Origin: Thermoplasmatales archaeon SW_10_69_26 | GTDB taxonomy: Archaea > Thermoplasmatota > SW-10-69-26 | Direction: 5' to 3' | DNA: 40,497 bases | Assembly (NCBI GenBank): GCA_003009755.1 | Contig: PXUB01000025.1 | Span: 104,244 to 144,740 of the forward strand | In this document: in pieces, positions 9,105 through 18,917 of the stretch | How positions within the stretch are numbered: position 1 is the first letter of the stretch | How the letters are laid out: each line of letters opens with the position of its first letter | The notes under the pieces: model-generated | Told to the model about the DNA's origin: nothing | The model's input: the letters and a program-made list of their open reading frames with translations, nothing else | The model's database searches: none | Position numbers and translations under genes: made by a program

Positions 9105-9454
9105 GCCACCCAACGTTTTCCAAGACGGGCACGCTGGCCCCGCGCGTGGAGACGATCGCGGTCTACCCGGTGCACGCCGCTCCCGACGCCCCGCTGGCCC
9201 GCCTCCGTGAACGGCTCGAGGCGGCCGGGTTCTCGGTCGACGACGCCGAGGAGCTGGATCTGGCCGCCCGGCGCGGCGTCGACCGCCTGTTCGTGGGACT
9301 GGGCGCCCACGAGGACGGCCTGGCGGCGCGCTGGAAGACCAAGAGCCTCGTGCCCGGCCGAGCCCGCAGCACCCACCAGATCGCCGAACAGGTGTTGACC
9401 GAGGTGTTGGGCTCGCCCGAGCGGCGGTTCACGCCCGGGGAGGGCTCCCCGTGA
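9101..9454 (+). CDS. Small hypothetical protein (start 9101 or 9146)
   Basis: Fills the gap with GTGA overlaps at both ends; plausible alpha/beta sequence. Confidence 0.6.
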   Translation: MSHPTFSKTGTLAPRVETIAVYPVHAAPDAPLARLRERLEAAGFSVDDAEELDLAARRGVDRLFVGLGAHEDGLAARWKTKSLVPGRARSTHQIAEQVLTEVLGSPERRFTPGEGSP

Positions 9455-10350
9455 CGCGGGAACCGTGTCCCCGTTGCGGCAGCCAGCGGCCGACGTTGGG
9501 TCCCTGCCCGGAGTGCGAGTACGAAGACCCCCATCCAGGCGTGCTGGGCTCCTACCGGCAGGCCTGGGGCGAGATCGTGGACCGGCCGAGCCTGCTCGTG
9601 CCGTTCGTGTTGCCGACGATCCTGTTGTTCGCGCTGCGGGGCCTGCTGTACCTGGGCGGGCATCTGTCGGCCGCCGGGCGCGTCGTGGAGGGGTTGGCTG
9701 GGGTGCTCGTGCTCTACCTGGGCATGAGCTGGTACTTCGCCGCGATCGGCAGCGTCACCGACCGGGACAGCGCCGGCCCCGAGGTGCCCGGTGGCCCGGT
9801 CTACGTGGCCTCGGCGGTCGGGGCGGCGATCGTGGCGGCGCCGCTGGCCGGCTTCGTCTTGCTCGTCGGTCTGCAGGGACCCCAGAGCCTGGGGGCGATC
9901 GGGCTGCTGGCCTCCGTGTTGTTGCTGTTGGTGTCGCTGGTCGCTGCCGGTCGCAGCCTGGGGCTGCCCGTCGAGGCGGCCCTGTCGGGCACCTGGTCGA
10001 CCCAGACGCTGGTCCGCGCCAACGATCGAGGCCGCGAGAACGGGGGCCTGGGCCTGGTGTTCCTGGCGTTCTTGCTGTTGATCCCGTTGCTCGTCCTGCC
10101 GCCGGTCACCCAACGCGTGATCCCGGCGCCCTGGGCCGGTTACACCCAGCTTGTGGTCAGCTTCCTCGGCTTGACGTTCGTCGGGGCCTTGTCCGGGTCG
10201 GCGGCCGCGATCGCGCTCTGGGAGGGTCGAGCTGGGGTCGAGGAGACGTTCACGTGCCCGCTGTGCGGCGAGGGGGCCCGCGCCCAAGCCGGCAGAGCCA
10301 GCTGCGAGTGCGGGCTCGAGGGGCCCTATTACGCCGGTGAGCGGGCCTAG
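9451..10350 (+). CDS. Membrane protein with N- and C-terminal zinc ribbons
   Basis: CPRC..CPEC at N-terminus, ~6 hydrophobic helices, CPLC..CEC at C-terminus; GGGAGG SD. Confidence 0.75.
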   Translation: MTREPCPRCGSQRPTLGPCPECEYEDPHPGVLGSYRQAWGEIVDRPSLLVPFVLPTILLFALRGLLYLGGHLSAAGRVVEGLAGVLVLYLGMSWYFAAIGSVTDRDSAGPEVPGGPVYVASAVGAAIVAAPLAGFVLLVGLQGPQSLGAIGLLASVLLLLVSLVAAGRSLGLPVEAALSGTWSTQTLVRANDRGRENGGLGLVFLAFLLLIPLLVLPPVTQRVIPAPWAGYTQLVVSFLGLTFVGALSGSAAAIALWEGRAGVEETFTCPLCGEGARAQAGRASCECGLEGPYYAGERA

Positions 10351-10970
10351 TCCGGATCCGTCCCGGGCACCGGCGGCGCATCGCGCGCGTCGCCGTCCTG
10401 GGTCTGGGGGGCGCCCCCGTCGGAGAGGAGGCCGACCTTCTCGGCGAGGTAGTTGCGGATGCGTTCGTTCTCGTCGGAGGGGATCCCGAAGTACTCGGGG
10501 AAGGCCGAGGTCGTCGTGAGCTCGTAGGTGATGCCCTCCCGCTCCTTGCTGACCAGGCCGAGGTCGACGAGCGTGCCGACGTGGCTGTAGACCTTGGAGC
10601 CGACCATGTCCTGCAGGTCGGATTGCAACAGCGGCTGGTGGTAGGCGATGAGGGCCAGCGTCCGGAGGACGTGGAAGGGGATCTCGGGCGGCACCAGGTC
10701 GCGGGACTCGTCGGCGAAGGCCTCCCGGAGCACCATGCCCCACTTGTTGCCCGATCGGACGACGTGGAAGCTGGTGCGCATCTCGGCGTAGCGAGCCTCG
10801 ATCTCTTCCAGGCACTCCTCGACGGTCTCTTCGCCGACCTGCGTCTTGGAGACGATCTCGTCCACGCTGAGGGGTTCGCCGGCGCTGAAGAGCGCGGCTT
10901 CGATCAGCAGGTCGGGGGCCTGGCGGGGATCGTCGGGGACGTCAGTTCGTTGCTTCAGCTTCGAGCTCAT
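10347..10970 (-). CDS. scpB: Segregation and condensation protein B
   Basis: IEAALFSAGEPL, TLALIAYHQP and TT.AF.EYFG motifs; downstream of smc/scpA. Confidence 0.95.
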   Translation of the reverse strand: MSSKLKQRTDVPDDPRQAPDLLIEAALFSAGEPLSVDEIVSKTQVGEETVEECLEEIEARYAEMRTSFHVVRSGNKWGMVLREAFADESRDLVPPEIPFHVLRTLALIAYHQPLLQSDLQDMVGSKVYSHVGTLVDLGLVSKEREGITYELTTTSAFPEYFGIPSDENERIRNYLAEKVGLLSDGGAPQTQDGDARDAPPVPGTDPD

Positions 10971-12030
10971 CGTCGTCCACCTCCTCGGGGTCGGCGGGGT
11001 CTTGGTCGGGGACCTCGGCGATAGCGGCGTCCGGGTCGAGCAGGCGTTCGCGCGGCTCGAGGTAGATCGGGCCCTCCGGGAACGATTCCTGGCGGACGTC
11101 GACCATCTCGGCCTTCGAGAGGAACAGCGTCGAGACGAACACGGTGAGGTAGTCCTCGCGGGTGCCGTCGAAGACCTCGCGGATGTCGACCTCCTCCTCG
11201 TAGCCCTTGAGCCGTTCGCGGACGTGGTCGATCTCGGCCTCGAGGTCCTCCTCGTGGACCTCCTCCTCGACGGTCTCCTCCTCGTCGTCGGCCTGGGCTT
11301 GTGCCTCCTCGCGGGCCTTGCGGCGTTCTTCCTGCAGGCGTTTGCGCCGTTCGGCGCTGCGGCGGCCCTCCTCGAGGGCTTCGACGAGTTCGAACAGCGT
11401 CACCTTCCGGTCGCCTTGACGGAACACGGACTCGCTGAGCGGGGGGTCGTTGTCCTCGTCGAGAACCTCTTCAGTGTAGGTCTCGTCGGGGTCGGGCTCG
11501 GCGCCCCAGTCCTCGGGCATCTCGTCCCAGCCCACGTCCCAGGGCTCTTCCTCGGGTTCCTCGGGTTCCTCGTCCTCCTGGGCTCGGTCGAGCAGGCCTT
11601 CGGTCTGTTGGAGGAGCACGTTCCAGGCCATCGCCAACAGGCGACCGCCCGTGATGAGGTCGACCTCGGGGGTATCCTTGATGCGGTCGAGGTACAGCGT
11701 GGAGAAGTTGGCCAGGTCGATCGACCAGGGGTCCATGTGCTGGTCGGCGGCCAGGTGGAAGGTGAGGGCGATCGCGCGGTCGAAGGGGTTGCGGAAGCTG
11801 GCGACGTCCGAGCGCGCCATCTCGACGTACTCGGCCAACCGGTCGGGGTCGTGGTCGGCCAGCGAGCGGTGAAGCAACAGGTGTTCGACGACGTGGTTGG
11901 GCTCCTCGTCGTCGTCGAAGGAGGCTCCGTCGGCGGCCGGGCCGTGGTGGGCCCGCGAGACCTCGTCGATGCCCTGTTGGGCGGCGTCGACGAGCAGCGT
12001 CTGCAGTGTGCCGGAGCTGTCGGTGCCCAC
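10942..12030 (-). CDS. scpA: Kleisin ScpA
   Basis: MDPWSIDL, GGRLLAMA..L, VTLFELVEALE, FVSTLFL, QESFPEGPIYL; lies between smc and scpB. Confidence 0.9.
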   Translation of the reverse strand: MGTDSSGTLQTLLVDAAQQGIDEVSRAHHGPAADGASFDDDEEPNHVVEHLLLHRSLADHDPDRLAEYVEMARSDVASFRNPFDRAIALTFHLAADQHMDPWSIDLANFSTLYLDRIKDTPEVDLITGGRLLAMAWNVLLQQTEGLLDRAQEDEEPEEPEEEPWDVGWDEMPEDWGAEPDPDETYTEEVLDEDNDPPLSESVFRQGDRKVTLFELVEALEEGRRSAERRKRLQEERRKAREEAQAQADDEEETVEEEVHEEDLEAEIDHVRERLKGYEEEVDIREVFDGTREDYLTVFVSTLFLSKAEMVDVRQESFPEGPIYLEPRERLLDPDAAIAEVPDQDPADPEEVDDDELEAEATN

Positions 12031-12031
12031 G

Positions 12032-15000
12032 TCAGGCCTCCTTGAGTTCCTCGTGGGCGATCTCGTCGACGTCGACCGTGCCCAGCACCTGCGTGATGCC
12101 GTCCCGCATCGTGACGCCGTAGACGTGGTCGGCCAGCTTGAGCGTCACCTTGCGGAGCGAGACCATGATGAACTGGGCCCGGTCGGCCTGTTCGCGGACC
12201 ATGTTGGCCACGAGCTCGCTGTTGACACCGTCGAGGAACATGTCCACCTCGTCGAGGACGTAGAAGGGCGAGGGAGCGTACTGCTGGATCGCGAAGATGA
12301 AGGACAGGGCGGTGAGCGACTTCTCGCCGCCGGAGAGCGCCTCGAGCCGGTGGACGCTCTTCCCGCGGGGTTGGCTTTCGAGGATGAGACCGCCCTCGAA
12401 GGGGTCGACCTCGTTCTCGAGCTTGAGGCGGGCGCTGCCGCCGCCGGACAGCTTCTCGAAGATCGCCTGGAAGTTCTCGTTGACCTCGTCGAAGACCTTC
12501 ATCAGGGCCTGCTTCTTGCGCCCCAGCAACTCGTCGGCGAGCTCGATCAGGCTCTCGCGCTCCTTCTCGAGGCGTTCGAGCTCGGCTTCGAGCTCGTCGC
12601 GGCGCTGCTCTTGCTCCTCGTACTCCTCGAGAGCCCGCATGTTGACCGGTTCCAGGTCCTCCATGCGTGATTCGATGTGGCGGGCCTGCTCCTTGATCGC
12701 CTCCCGCGTGGCGTTCACCGTCTCCGGCGGCTCGGCCTCCATCGCCTCCAGCTCCTCGCGGGCCTCCTCGAGGTTGGATTCGATGACGGGGATCCGGCCT
12801 CGGAACTGAACGATGAGGTCGCTGTTGGCGTCGATGTTGTCCTGCACGCGGTCGCGCTCGTTCTCGAGCTGGTACTTGCGTTCCACCAGCTCGTCGCGCT
12901 CCTCGCGCAGCTCCTCCATCTGCTCGTCGTGCTTGCCGACGAGCTCCTCGAGGACGTCGATCTCCTCTTGAAGGTTCTCCTGCTTCTCCTCGTAACCGGT
13001 GATCTCGGCCTTGTGCTCGTCGCGTTCGGCCTTGAGCTCCTCGACGCGTTGGGCGAGCTCGTCGCGGCGCTCGCGCGCCATGCGCTGTTTCTCCTCGAGC
13101 GCCTCGCGGCGGGCCTCGAGGTCGCGGATCGAGTCCTTGACGTCGTCGAGCTCCTCGCGGAGGTCCTCGAGCTTGTCAGCAAGCTTCTCCTGGGTGGTCT
13201 CCATGAACTGCTGGCCCTTCTCCTCGCGCTTCTCGTCGAGGGCTTGCATACGCTCGTGGGTGGCCTCGGACTGCTCGCGGGCTTGCTCGAGCTCGCCGCG
13301 TGCTTCCTCGAGGTCCTCCTCGAGCTCCTCGCGCTTGGCTTCGAGGCTCTCGATCCGCTCGTTGGCCTCCTCGGCCTTGCGTTGTGCTTCCTCGCGCTCG
13401 GATTCCTGCTTGACGATGTCCCGCTCGACCTCGCGGAGCTGTTCGCGGATCTGGCGGACCTCGTCCTCGACCTGCTCGAGCTGGCTCTCGAGGGTCTCCT
13501 TCTGGGTGACCTTGTTGCGGAGCTCGTCGCCCAGCTCCTCGAGGTTGTCCTTGCGTTGAACGTTGAACCCGGAACCGGTGCGTTTCTTCGTCGAGCCGCC
13601 GGTCATCGCGCCGCCGGCGTCGATCTTCTCGCCTTCCTTGGTAACCATGCGGACGCCACCCATCAGGCGACGGGCAGCGTCGATGTCCTCGACGATGAGC
13701 GTGGAGCGGAAGACGTAGCTGAACGCAGCCTTGTACTTCTCGTCGAAGTCCAGCAGGTCGATGGCGAACCCGATCGCCTCGTCGTCGCGGGAGGCCATCA
13801 GGGCCTGGCCCTGGGGACGGCGGTAACTGAGCTTGTTGAGCGGTAGGAACTTGACGCGGCCGAAGTCGTTGCGTTTGAGGTAGTCGATGGCCTCGCTGGC
13901 CACCTCGTCGTCGTCGACGACGACGGCCTGCATGGCGCCGCCGGCGGCGATCTCGAGCGCGGTCTCGAGCTCGTTCTCCGGTTCGCCGAGCTCGGCGATC
14001 GTGCCGCACACGCCGTCCAGCTGACCGGTGTCGCGGGCTTCGAGCACGGCTTCGACGGCGCGCGAGAACCCGCCCACTCGGCCCTGGGCGTCGAACTCTG
14101 CTTTGAGCTGGTTGTACTTGTTCCGCAGCTCGCGGATCTCGGGGTCCAGCTCGTCGATGTCCTCTTGGAGCGCGGCTTGGCGCTTCTGTTTCTCGAAGAG
14201 GTCGTCGTTGAGCTCTTCCTTCCTATCCTCGAGCTTCTCGTGCTCCTTCTTCGCCTCGCGGGCGGCGTACGTGAGGTCCTTGGCCTCGTACTCGGCGGTC
14301 TCGACCTTCTCCGCGGCGTCGGAGAGCTCGGCTTCGAGGCGGGTGACCGTCTCCTCGAGGCTTTCGACCTCCATGCGGGCCTCGTGGTGGTCGGCCTGCA
14401 CGTCCTCGTACTCCTGCTTGAGCTTGGCGAGCTCGCGCTGGAGCTCGTGGGAGCGGTCGGAGCCTTCGCTGATGCGGTCCTTGGTCTGCTCGAGCTCGGT
14501 CTGGAGCTCGTCGGCTTCCTCCCGCCAGCGTTCGAGGGCCTCGTCCACGTCCTCGCGCTCGTCGAGCACCTCGTCGAGAGCTTCCTGGGCTCGGCTGTGG
14601 TCGGCTTCGGCCTCCTGGAGCTCGATCTTGACCTCCTGGAGCTCGTTGCGGAAGTGGTTGGCCATCTGGCGGGCGGTCGCCATCTCCTCGCGGAGATCCT
14701 GGAGCTTCTCCTGGCGGCGTTGGGCTTCCTCGCCGCCGAGGTCGGCCATCTCCTCGTCGAGCTCTTCGAGCTCGGTCTCGACCTCCTCGAGCTCCTCTTG
14801 GATGTCTTGCTTCTCGGCCTCGAGCTCCTGGCCTTCCTCCTCGTAGGACTCGATGGATTCGCGGACGTTGGCGAGCTCTTGATTGAGGCCTTCGATCCGT
14901 TTCTTGGCGAGCTTGGCCTGCACCTGTTTCATCTCGTCCTGCAGGTCGCGGTACTCCTGGGCTCGCTCCTTCTCGTCGGCGAGCTGCTTGAGCTTGCTTT

Positions 15001-15610
15001 GGACCTCGTGGAGGATGAGCCGCGTGCGCTCGAGGTTGTCCTCGACCTCCTCGCGCTGGCTTTCGGCGTCTTCCAGCTCCTCGTCGAAGCGCGTGATGCC
15101 AGCGATCTCGTCCAGGATGCCTCGACGCTCGGTCGTCGACATCGACACGATCCGGGTCACGTCGCCCTGCTGGACGATGTTGTACCCGTCGGCGCTGATG
15201 CGTGCGTGGGAGAGCAGGTCCTGGAACTCGGTGAGGCTGGAGGTGTCGCCGTTGACGTAGTAGTAGGAGTTGACGCGCTCGGGGTCGGAGGGGCTGCGCT
15301 TGATCCGGCGGGTGAGCACGATCTCGTCCTCGTCGACGGGGATCGTGCGGTCCTCGTTGGCGAGCACGAGGGAAACCTTGCACTCGTCGCGGGGTTCGCC
15401 GTTGGCGCCGCCGTTGTGGATGAGGTCGGCCAGGCGGCCGGCGCGGATCTGCTTGCTCGACGTGGTGCCGAGCACGAACAAGATCGCGTCTGAGATGTTC
15501 GATTTCCCGGAGCCGTTGGGGCCCGTGATCCCGGTGAAGCCCGGTTCGAAGGGCACCTCTTGCTGCCGGAACGATTTGAAGTTCTTCATCTCGACGCGTT
15601 TGAGGTACAT
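12032..15610 (-). CDS. smc: Chromosome segregation protein SMC
   Basis: NFKSF, Walker A GPNGSGKSN, QQGDV, central hinge (GRVKFLPL, GAMTGG), LSGGEK signature, LDEVD Walker B; ATG at 15610. Confidence 0.98.
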   Translation of the reverse strand: MYLKRVEMKNFKSFRQQEVPFEPGFTGITGPNGSGKSNISDAILFVLGTTSSKQIRAGRLADLIHNGGANGEPRDECKVSLVLANEDRTIPVDEDEIVLTRRIKRSPSDPERVNSYYYVNGDTSSLTEFQDLLSHARISADGYNIVQQGDVTRIVSMSTTERRGILDEIAGITRFDEELEDAESQREEVEDNLERTRLILHEVQSKLKQLADEKERAQEYRDLQDEMKQVQAKLAKKRIEGLNQELANVRESIESYEEEGQELEAEKQDIQEELEEVETELEELDEEMADLGGEEAQRRQEKLQDLREEMATARQMANHFRNELQEVKIELQEAEADHSRAQEALDEVLDEREDVDEALERWREEADELQTELEQTKDRISEGSDRSHELQRELAKLKQEYEDVQADHHEARMEVESLEETVTRLEAELSDAAEKVETAEYEAKDLTYAAREAKKEHEKLEDRKEELNDDLFEKQKRQAALQEDIDELDPEIRELRNKYNQLKAEFDAQGRVGGFSRAVEAVLEARDTGQLDGVCGTIAELGEPENELETALEIAAGGAMQAVVVDDDEVASEAIDYLKRNDFGRVKFLPLNKLSYRRPQGQALMASRDDEAIGFAIDLLDFDEKYKAAFSYVFRSTLIVEDIDAARRLMGGVRMVTKEGEKIDAGGAMTGGSTKKRTGSGFNVQRKDNLEELGDELRNKVTQKETLESQLEQVEDEVRQIREQLREVERDIVKQESEREEAQRKAEEANERIESLEAKREELEEDLEEARGELEQAREQSEATHERMQALDEKREEKGQQFMETTQEKLADKLEDLREELDDVKDSIRDLEARREALEEKQRMARERRDELAQRVEELKAERDEHKAEITGYEEKQENLQEEIDVLEELVGKHDEQMEELREERDELVERKYQLENERDRVQDNIDANSDLIVQFRGRIPVIESNLEEAREELEAMEAEPPETVNATREAIKEQARHIESRMEDLEPVNMRALEEYEEQEQRRDELEAELERLEKERESLIELADELLGRKKQALMKVFDEVNENFQAIFEKLSGGGSARLKLENEVDPFEGGLILESQPRGKSVHRLEALSGGEKSLTALSFIFAIQQYAPSPFYVLDEVDMFLDGVNSELVANMVREQADRAQFIMVSLRKVTLKLADHVYGVTMRDGITQVLGTVDVDEIAHEELKEA

Positions 15611-15717
15611 CGCGTCACTCCGCGGTGGCGTCAGGCTGAGGCCACCGGGGCCAGCATACACTGGGGTCCCCGACTGGCTGCCTGCATCCCATCCGCTGTC
15701 CCAATGACCAGCGTACG

Positions 15718-15730
15718 TATTTAAGGGTTT
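15718..15730 (-). promoter_or_regulatory. BRE/TATA promoter of the smc operon
   Basis: AAACCCTTAAATA on minus strand in a GC-rich background. Confidence 0.6.
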
Positions 15731-15897
15731 TCAGATGCGGTCGCCGATATCGGGTCGCAGACAGGGAACAAGACCGGGAGAACGGCCATCTCGGCGCTGG
15801 AGACGCTCCACTGGAAGCAGTCGAGAGCACGGAAGAAGAGTGAAGGGGGGAACGAAAGCGGCGGGGCGCCGGGCGAGCCGACGCTCCCGGTCGGCGT

Positions 15898-16383
15898 TCA
15901 GTTGACCTTGCGGACGGCGCCGAGGACCTCGTCGACGTCCGGCTTCTGGCCAGGGTCGTCGGTGCTCCAGACCCACTCGACGTTCCCGTCGGACCCGATG
16001 ATGACGGTGGCGCGCTGGGCGGGGCGCTCGAGGCCCATCATCTCGTCGTACTCGAGGCCGAAGGCCTCGGTGGCTTCGCGGTTCCAGTCGGCGATCAGGT
16101 CGAATCCGAACCCGTTCTCGTCGGCCCACGTCTGCAGGGCGAACGGGCTGGCGACGCTGGCCCCGTACACGGAGGCGCCGGCGTCCTCGAAGTCCTCGAG
16201 GTTGTCGCGGAGGTCCGCCATCTGGTTCTCGCAGACCCCGGTGAACGCGAACGGAAAGAAGCCGATCACGACCGGGCCGTCCCCGATCTCCTCGGCCAGC
16301 TCGAAGTCGTCGACGTCCTGTCCGTCCGTGACCTTGGCCGTGAAGTTGGGGGCTTCCTCGCCCGGAGCGATGGTCGTCGTCAT
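15898..16383 (-). CDS. 1-Cys peroxiredoxin (AhpC/TSA family, AhpE-like)
   Basis: GEEAPNF, FFPFAFTGVC peroxidatic motif, RATVII; single Cys. Confidence 0.9.
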   Translation of the reverse strand: MTTTIAPGEEAPNFTAKVTDGQDVDDFELAEEIGDGPVVIGFFPFAFTGVCENQMADLRDNLEDFEDAGASVYGASVASPFALQTWADENGFGFDLIADWNREATEAFGLEYDEMMGLERPAQRATVIIGSDGNVEWVWSTDDPGQKPDVDEVLGAVRKVN

Positions 16384-16522
16384 TGCATCCGAGGGATGTT
16401 AGCCCTTCTATGAAAGCCTTCGCCCTGCGAGGGAGGGCTTGACGCCCCCCGGGCCGGTCCGCGCCTGCGCCGGCCGTCACCTGAGGGAAGACTGATAACC
16501 CCCGTGCGAGGGAGGGCTCCCC

Positions 16523-16930
16523 ATGGACCGGATCGAGACCCAGCTGGCCATCCACGCCGACCCCGATCGCGTCTTCGATGAGATCACGCACCCGGAGAAC
16601 ATCCCGCTGTACGCGCCGGGCATCGAGGAGGCCCACCAGCGGCCACCGCAGGCCCCGCAGGCAGCGGGCAACTTGTTGGATCTGGTCACCCGGTCCGGCG
16701 ATCGGATGGAAGGCGAGATCGTGGACCGGCAGGCCAACCGGTCGTGGGCGGTGGAGGACGAGAACGGCACCGTCGCCCGATGGTCGCTGGAGGAGGGCGA
16801 GGACGGGACGCTTGCTACCTTCGTGCTGGAGGGTGACTTCGACCCCGAGACCGAGCGCGAGTTACGCTCGGAGATGCGGGCCAAGATCGCGCGGCTCGTG
16901 TTGGATCTCGAGCAAGCGGGCCGATCCTAG
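16523..16930 (+). CDS. SRPBCC (START-like) family protein
   Basis: IHADPDRVFD.ITHPENIP.Y N-terminus and C-terminal amphipathic helix; GGAGG SD. Confidence 0.8.
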   Translation: MDRIETQLAIHADPDRVFDEITHPENIPLYAPGIEEAHQRPPQAPQAAGNLLDLVTRSGDRMEGEIVDRQANRSWAVEDENGTVARWSLEEGEDGTLATFVLEGDFDPETERELRSEMRAKIARLVLDLEQAGRS

Positions 16931-17035
16931 GGGTCCAGGCGCGGCCGGCTGACGGCCAGGCGCAGTGCCGGGTAGCCGAGAAGAGCGCCGGAGTCGAAGC
17001 CGGCGATGCCCGCGGGCGCATCGCGAGCCCGGCCC

Positions 17036-17614
17036 CTACTCCTCGTCCTCGTCTCCACCGTCGGCGAGGACGTCGTCGGGGATGTCGAAGACCTCGTCGG
17101 CGGTCTCGACGATCTGGTCCGACACCTCGTCGGGATCGTGCTTGTGGGTGTCGATCTGGAGGTTGTAGACGCTGAGGTCGGTCAGATCGATCTCGTAGAT
17201 GTCCTCGTAGCGTTTGCGCTCGGACTCCTCGCGGGTCCGGTTGGCCTCCAGCGCCTGGTCCTTGGTGAGGCCTTCGCGCTGGGCTACGCGCTCGGCGCGC
17301 ACCTCCTCGGGAGCCGTCAACCAGACCTTGAGGGCGTCGATGCCCTCGCGTTCCATCATCCACGCCGTCAAACGGCCCTCGAGAACGACCTCGCCGTCCT
17401 TGGCGCGGTTCGCCATCCGCCGGTCGAGCTCCCAGTCCACCTCGGGATGCTCCTCGGCGTACTTGCTGAACTCCTCGAGCGTCATGTTCCGCTCGACCGC
17501 GAGGTTGCGGAAGATCATCCCCGCGGTGACGTGGTCGAGGTCCAGATCGTGGCAGACGAGACGGGCTGCCGTGGTCGTTCCCGACCCCGGTAGCCCCGAG
17601 AGCGTGATGAGCAT
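17036..17614 (-). CDS. cmk: Cytidylate kinase (archaeal type)
   Basis: ITLSGLPGSGTTT, VLEGRL, RY..IY.ID; conserved position after DUF106. Confidence 0.95.
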   Translation of the reverse strand: MLITLSGLPGSGTTTAARLVCHDLDLDHVTAGMIFRNLAVERNMTLEEFSKYAEEHPEVDWELDRRMANRAKDGEVVLEGRLTAWMMEREGIDALKVWLTAPEEVRAERVAQREGLTKDQALEANRTREESERKRYEDIYEIDLTDLSVYNLQIDTHKHDPDEVSDQIVETADEVFDIPDDVLADGGDEDEE

Positions 17615-18358
17615 TCAAACTGCCTCCGGTCGGTCTTGGAGCGTGCGAGAGAACTCGACGGCCTTGAGGCCCTTCTGGACCAGCTGGCCGATCGGGATGC
17701 TGAACAGGGAGTAGATGAGGATCCACGTCGGCAGGAAGCTGACGATGGGGGCCGAGCTCATCAGCTCGGTGGCACCCAGACCCCACGGGGCGTTGATCGT
17801 GAGCGGCCCGGCGACCTGGGCGTTGAGGCTCTCCAGGAAGGTCCAAAGCCACCCGAACATCGGGATCACGACGACCATCGTGAAGCCCATCGGCTTGAAC
17901 TGCTGGCCGCTCATGGAGGCCTGCTTCTTCATCACCTTGGGCTGGAGCTCGGTGAGCTTCTTGACGCGGTAGCTGTTGTCGTTCTTCCGGGCTTCCTTGA
18001 GCTCGTTCTGGAAGGCCTTCATCTCCGACTGGACCTCGGCCATCTCGAGCCAGTCGACCATGACGTGCCGGATGACGCCGGTGAAGACGCCGGTGATGAT
18101 GCTAGCAAAGAAGATCGTCAACGCCGGGTCCTCGCCGCCGAACCCGATCAGGGGTTCGAGCACGACGCCGACGTAGCGGCCGAGCGTGAACCGGAGTCCG
18201 GGGTTGATCATGATGAGCAGGACCGCCCCGAACATCAGGATCATCCACGGGCTGAACCCGGAGTCGTCGCCGTCGTCGGCACCCTCGGCGCGGGCCTTGA
18301 GCCCGTCGAGGAGGCCGGGTCGGTGCTCCGTCGATCCGCCCTTGGTTCCCTCGCCCAT
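17615..18358 (-). CDS. DUF106 / EMC3-TMCO1 (Oxa1 superfamily) membrane insertase
   Basis: TM, coiled coil, QFKPM, WILIYSLFS; conserved position after adk. Confidence 0.9.
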   Translation of the reverse strand: MGEGTKGGSTEHRPGLLDGLKARAEGADDGDDSGFSPWMILMFGAVLLIMINPGLRFTLGRYVGVVLEPLIGFGGEDPALTIFFASIITGVFTGVIRHVMVDWLEMAEVQSEMKAFQNELKEARKNDNSYRVKKLTELQPKVMKKQASMSGQQFKPMGFTMVVVIPMFGWLWTFLESLNAQVAGPLTINAPWGLGATELMSSAPIVSFLPTWILIYSLFSIPIGQLVQKGLKAVEFSRTLQDRPEAV

Positions 18359-18361
18359 CGT

Positions 18362-18910
18362 CTACTCCACGGTGTTCACGAAGTCGGCTACGGCTTCGTC
18401 GACCTGGCCGTCGGCGTTCTCGACGACAGCGACGGTGGCGCCGGTCAGGGTCGCGACCGCGGAAGCCGCGTGCCGGTTGAACCCCTGGTGCTCGTCGATC
18501 TCGTCGGCGGCTTCCTCGTCGCGCTCGCGAGTCTCGTCGTCGGCCCGGCGGGCCGCGATCGCTTCGGGGTCGGCTTCGACGAGGACCACGGTCTCGGGTT
18601 CGATGCGTTCCGCGACCCACTTCGGGATGCCGGGCAGGTAGCCCTCGGGCGTCTGGATGAAGCCGTGCGTGTCGACGATGACCCGGCCCTTGGCGGCGAT
18701 CGACTCGGCGGCCGCCGTCTGGATCTCGCGCTGGGTCTCGGTGTCGAGGTGCCGCATCTCGTCACGGTGATCCACGAGACCGCGCTTCTTGGCGACCTCG
18801 AGCATCTCGGTCCCGTAGACGACGACCTCGAGACCGAGCTCTTCGGCGGCTCGCTCGACGACGGTCGTCTTGCCGACCCCGGGGACGCCGGTGACGATGA
18901 TCGTTCCCAT
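18362..18910 (-). CDS. adkA: Adenylate kinase (archaeal type)
   Basis: VTGVPGVGKTT, VDTH..I.TP.GYLPG.P, RR..D.TR.RD. Confidence 0.96.
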   Translation of the reverse strand: MGTIIVTGVPGVGKTTVVERAAEELGLEVVVYGTEMLEVAKKRGLVDHRDEMRHLDTETQREIQTAAAESIAAKGRVIVDTHGFIQTPEGYLPGIPKWVAERIEPETVVLVEADPEAIAARRADDETRERDEEAADEIDEHQGFNRHAASAVATLTGATVAVVENADGQVDEAVADFVNTVE

Positions 18911-18917
18911 CGCGTGG

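Noticed and set aside
12297-15493. Long antisense and alternative-frame ORFs over smc (and likewise over the ribosomal genes)
   Set aside because: Shadow ORFs expected from high GC and strong codon bias; Arg/Ser/Leu-rich with no motifs.
12032-15610. SMC-based defence system (Wadjet/MksBEFG)
   Set aside because: Canonical hinge-containing Smc with ScpA/ScpB and no JetD/MksG nuclease; housekeeping condensin.
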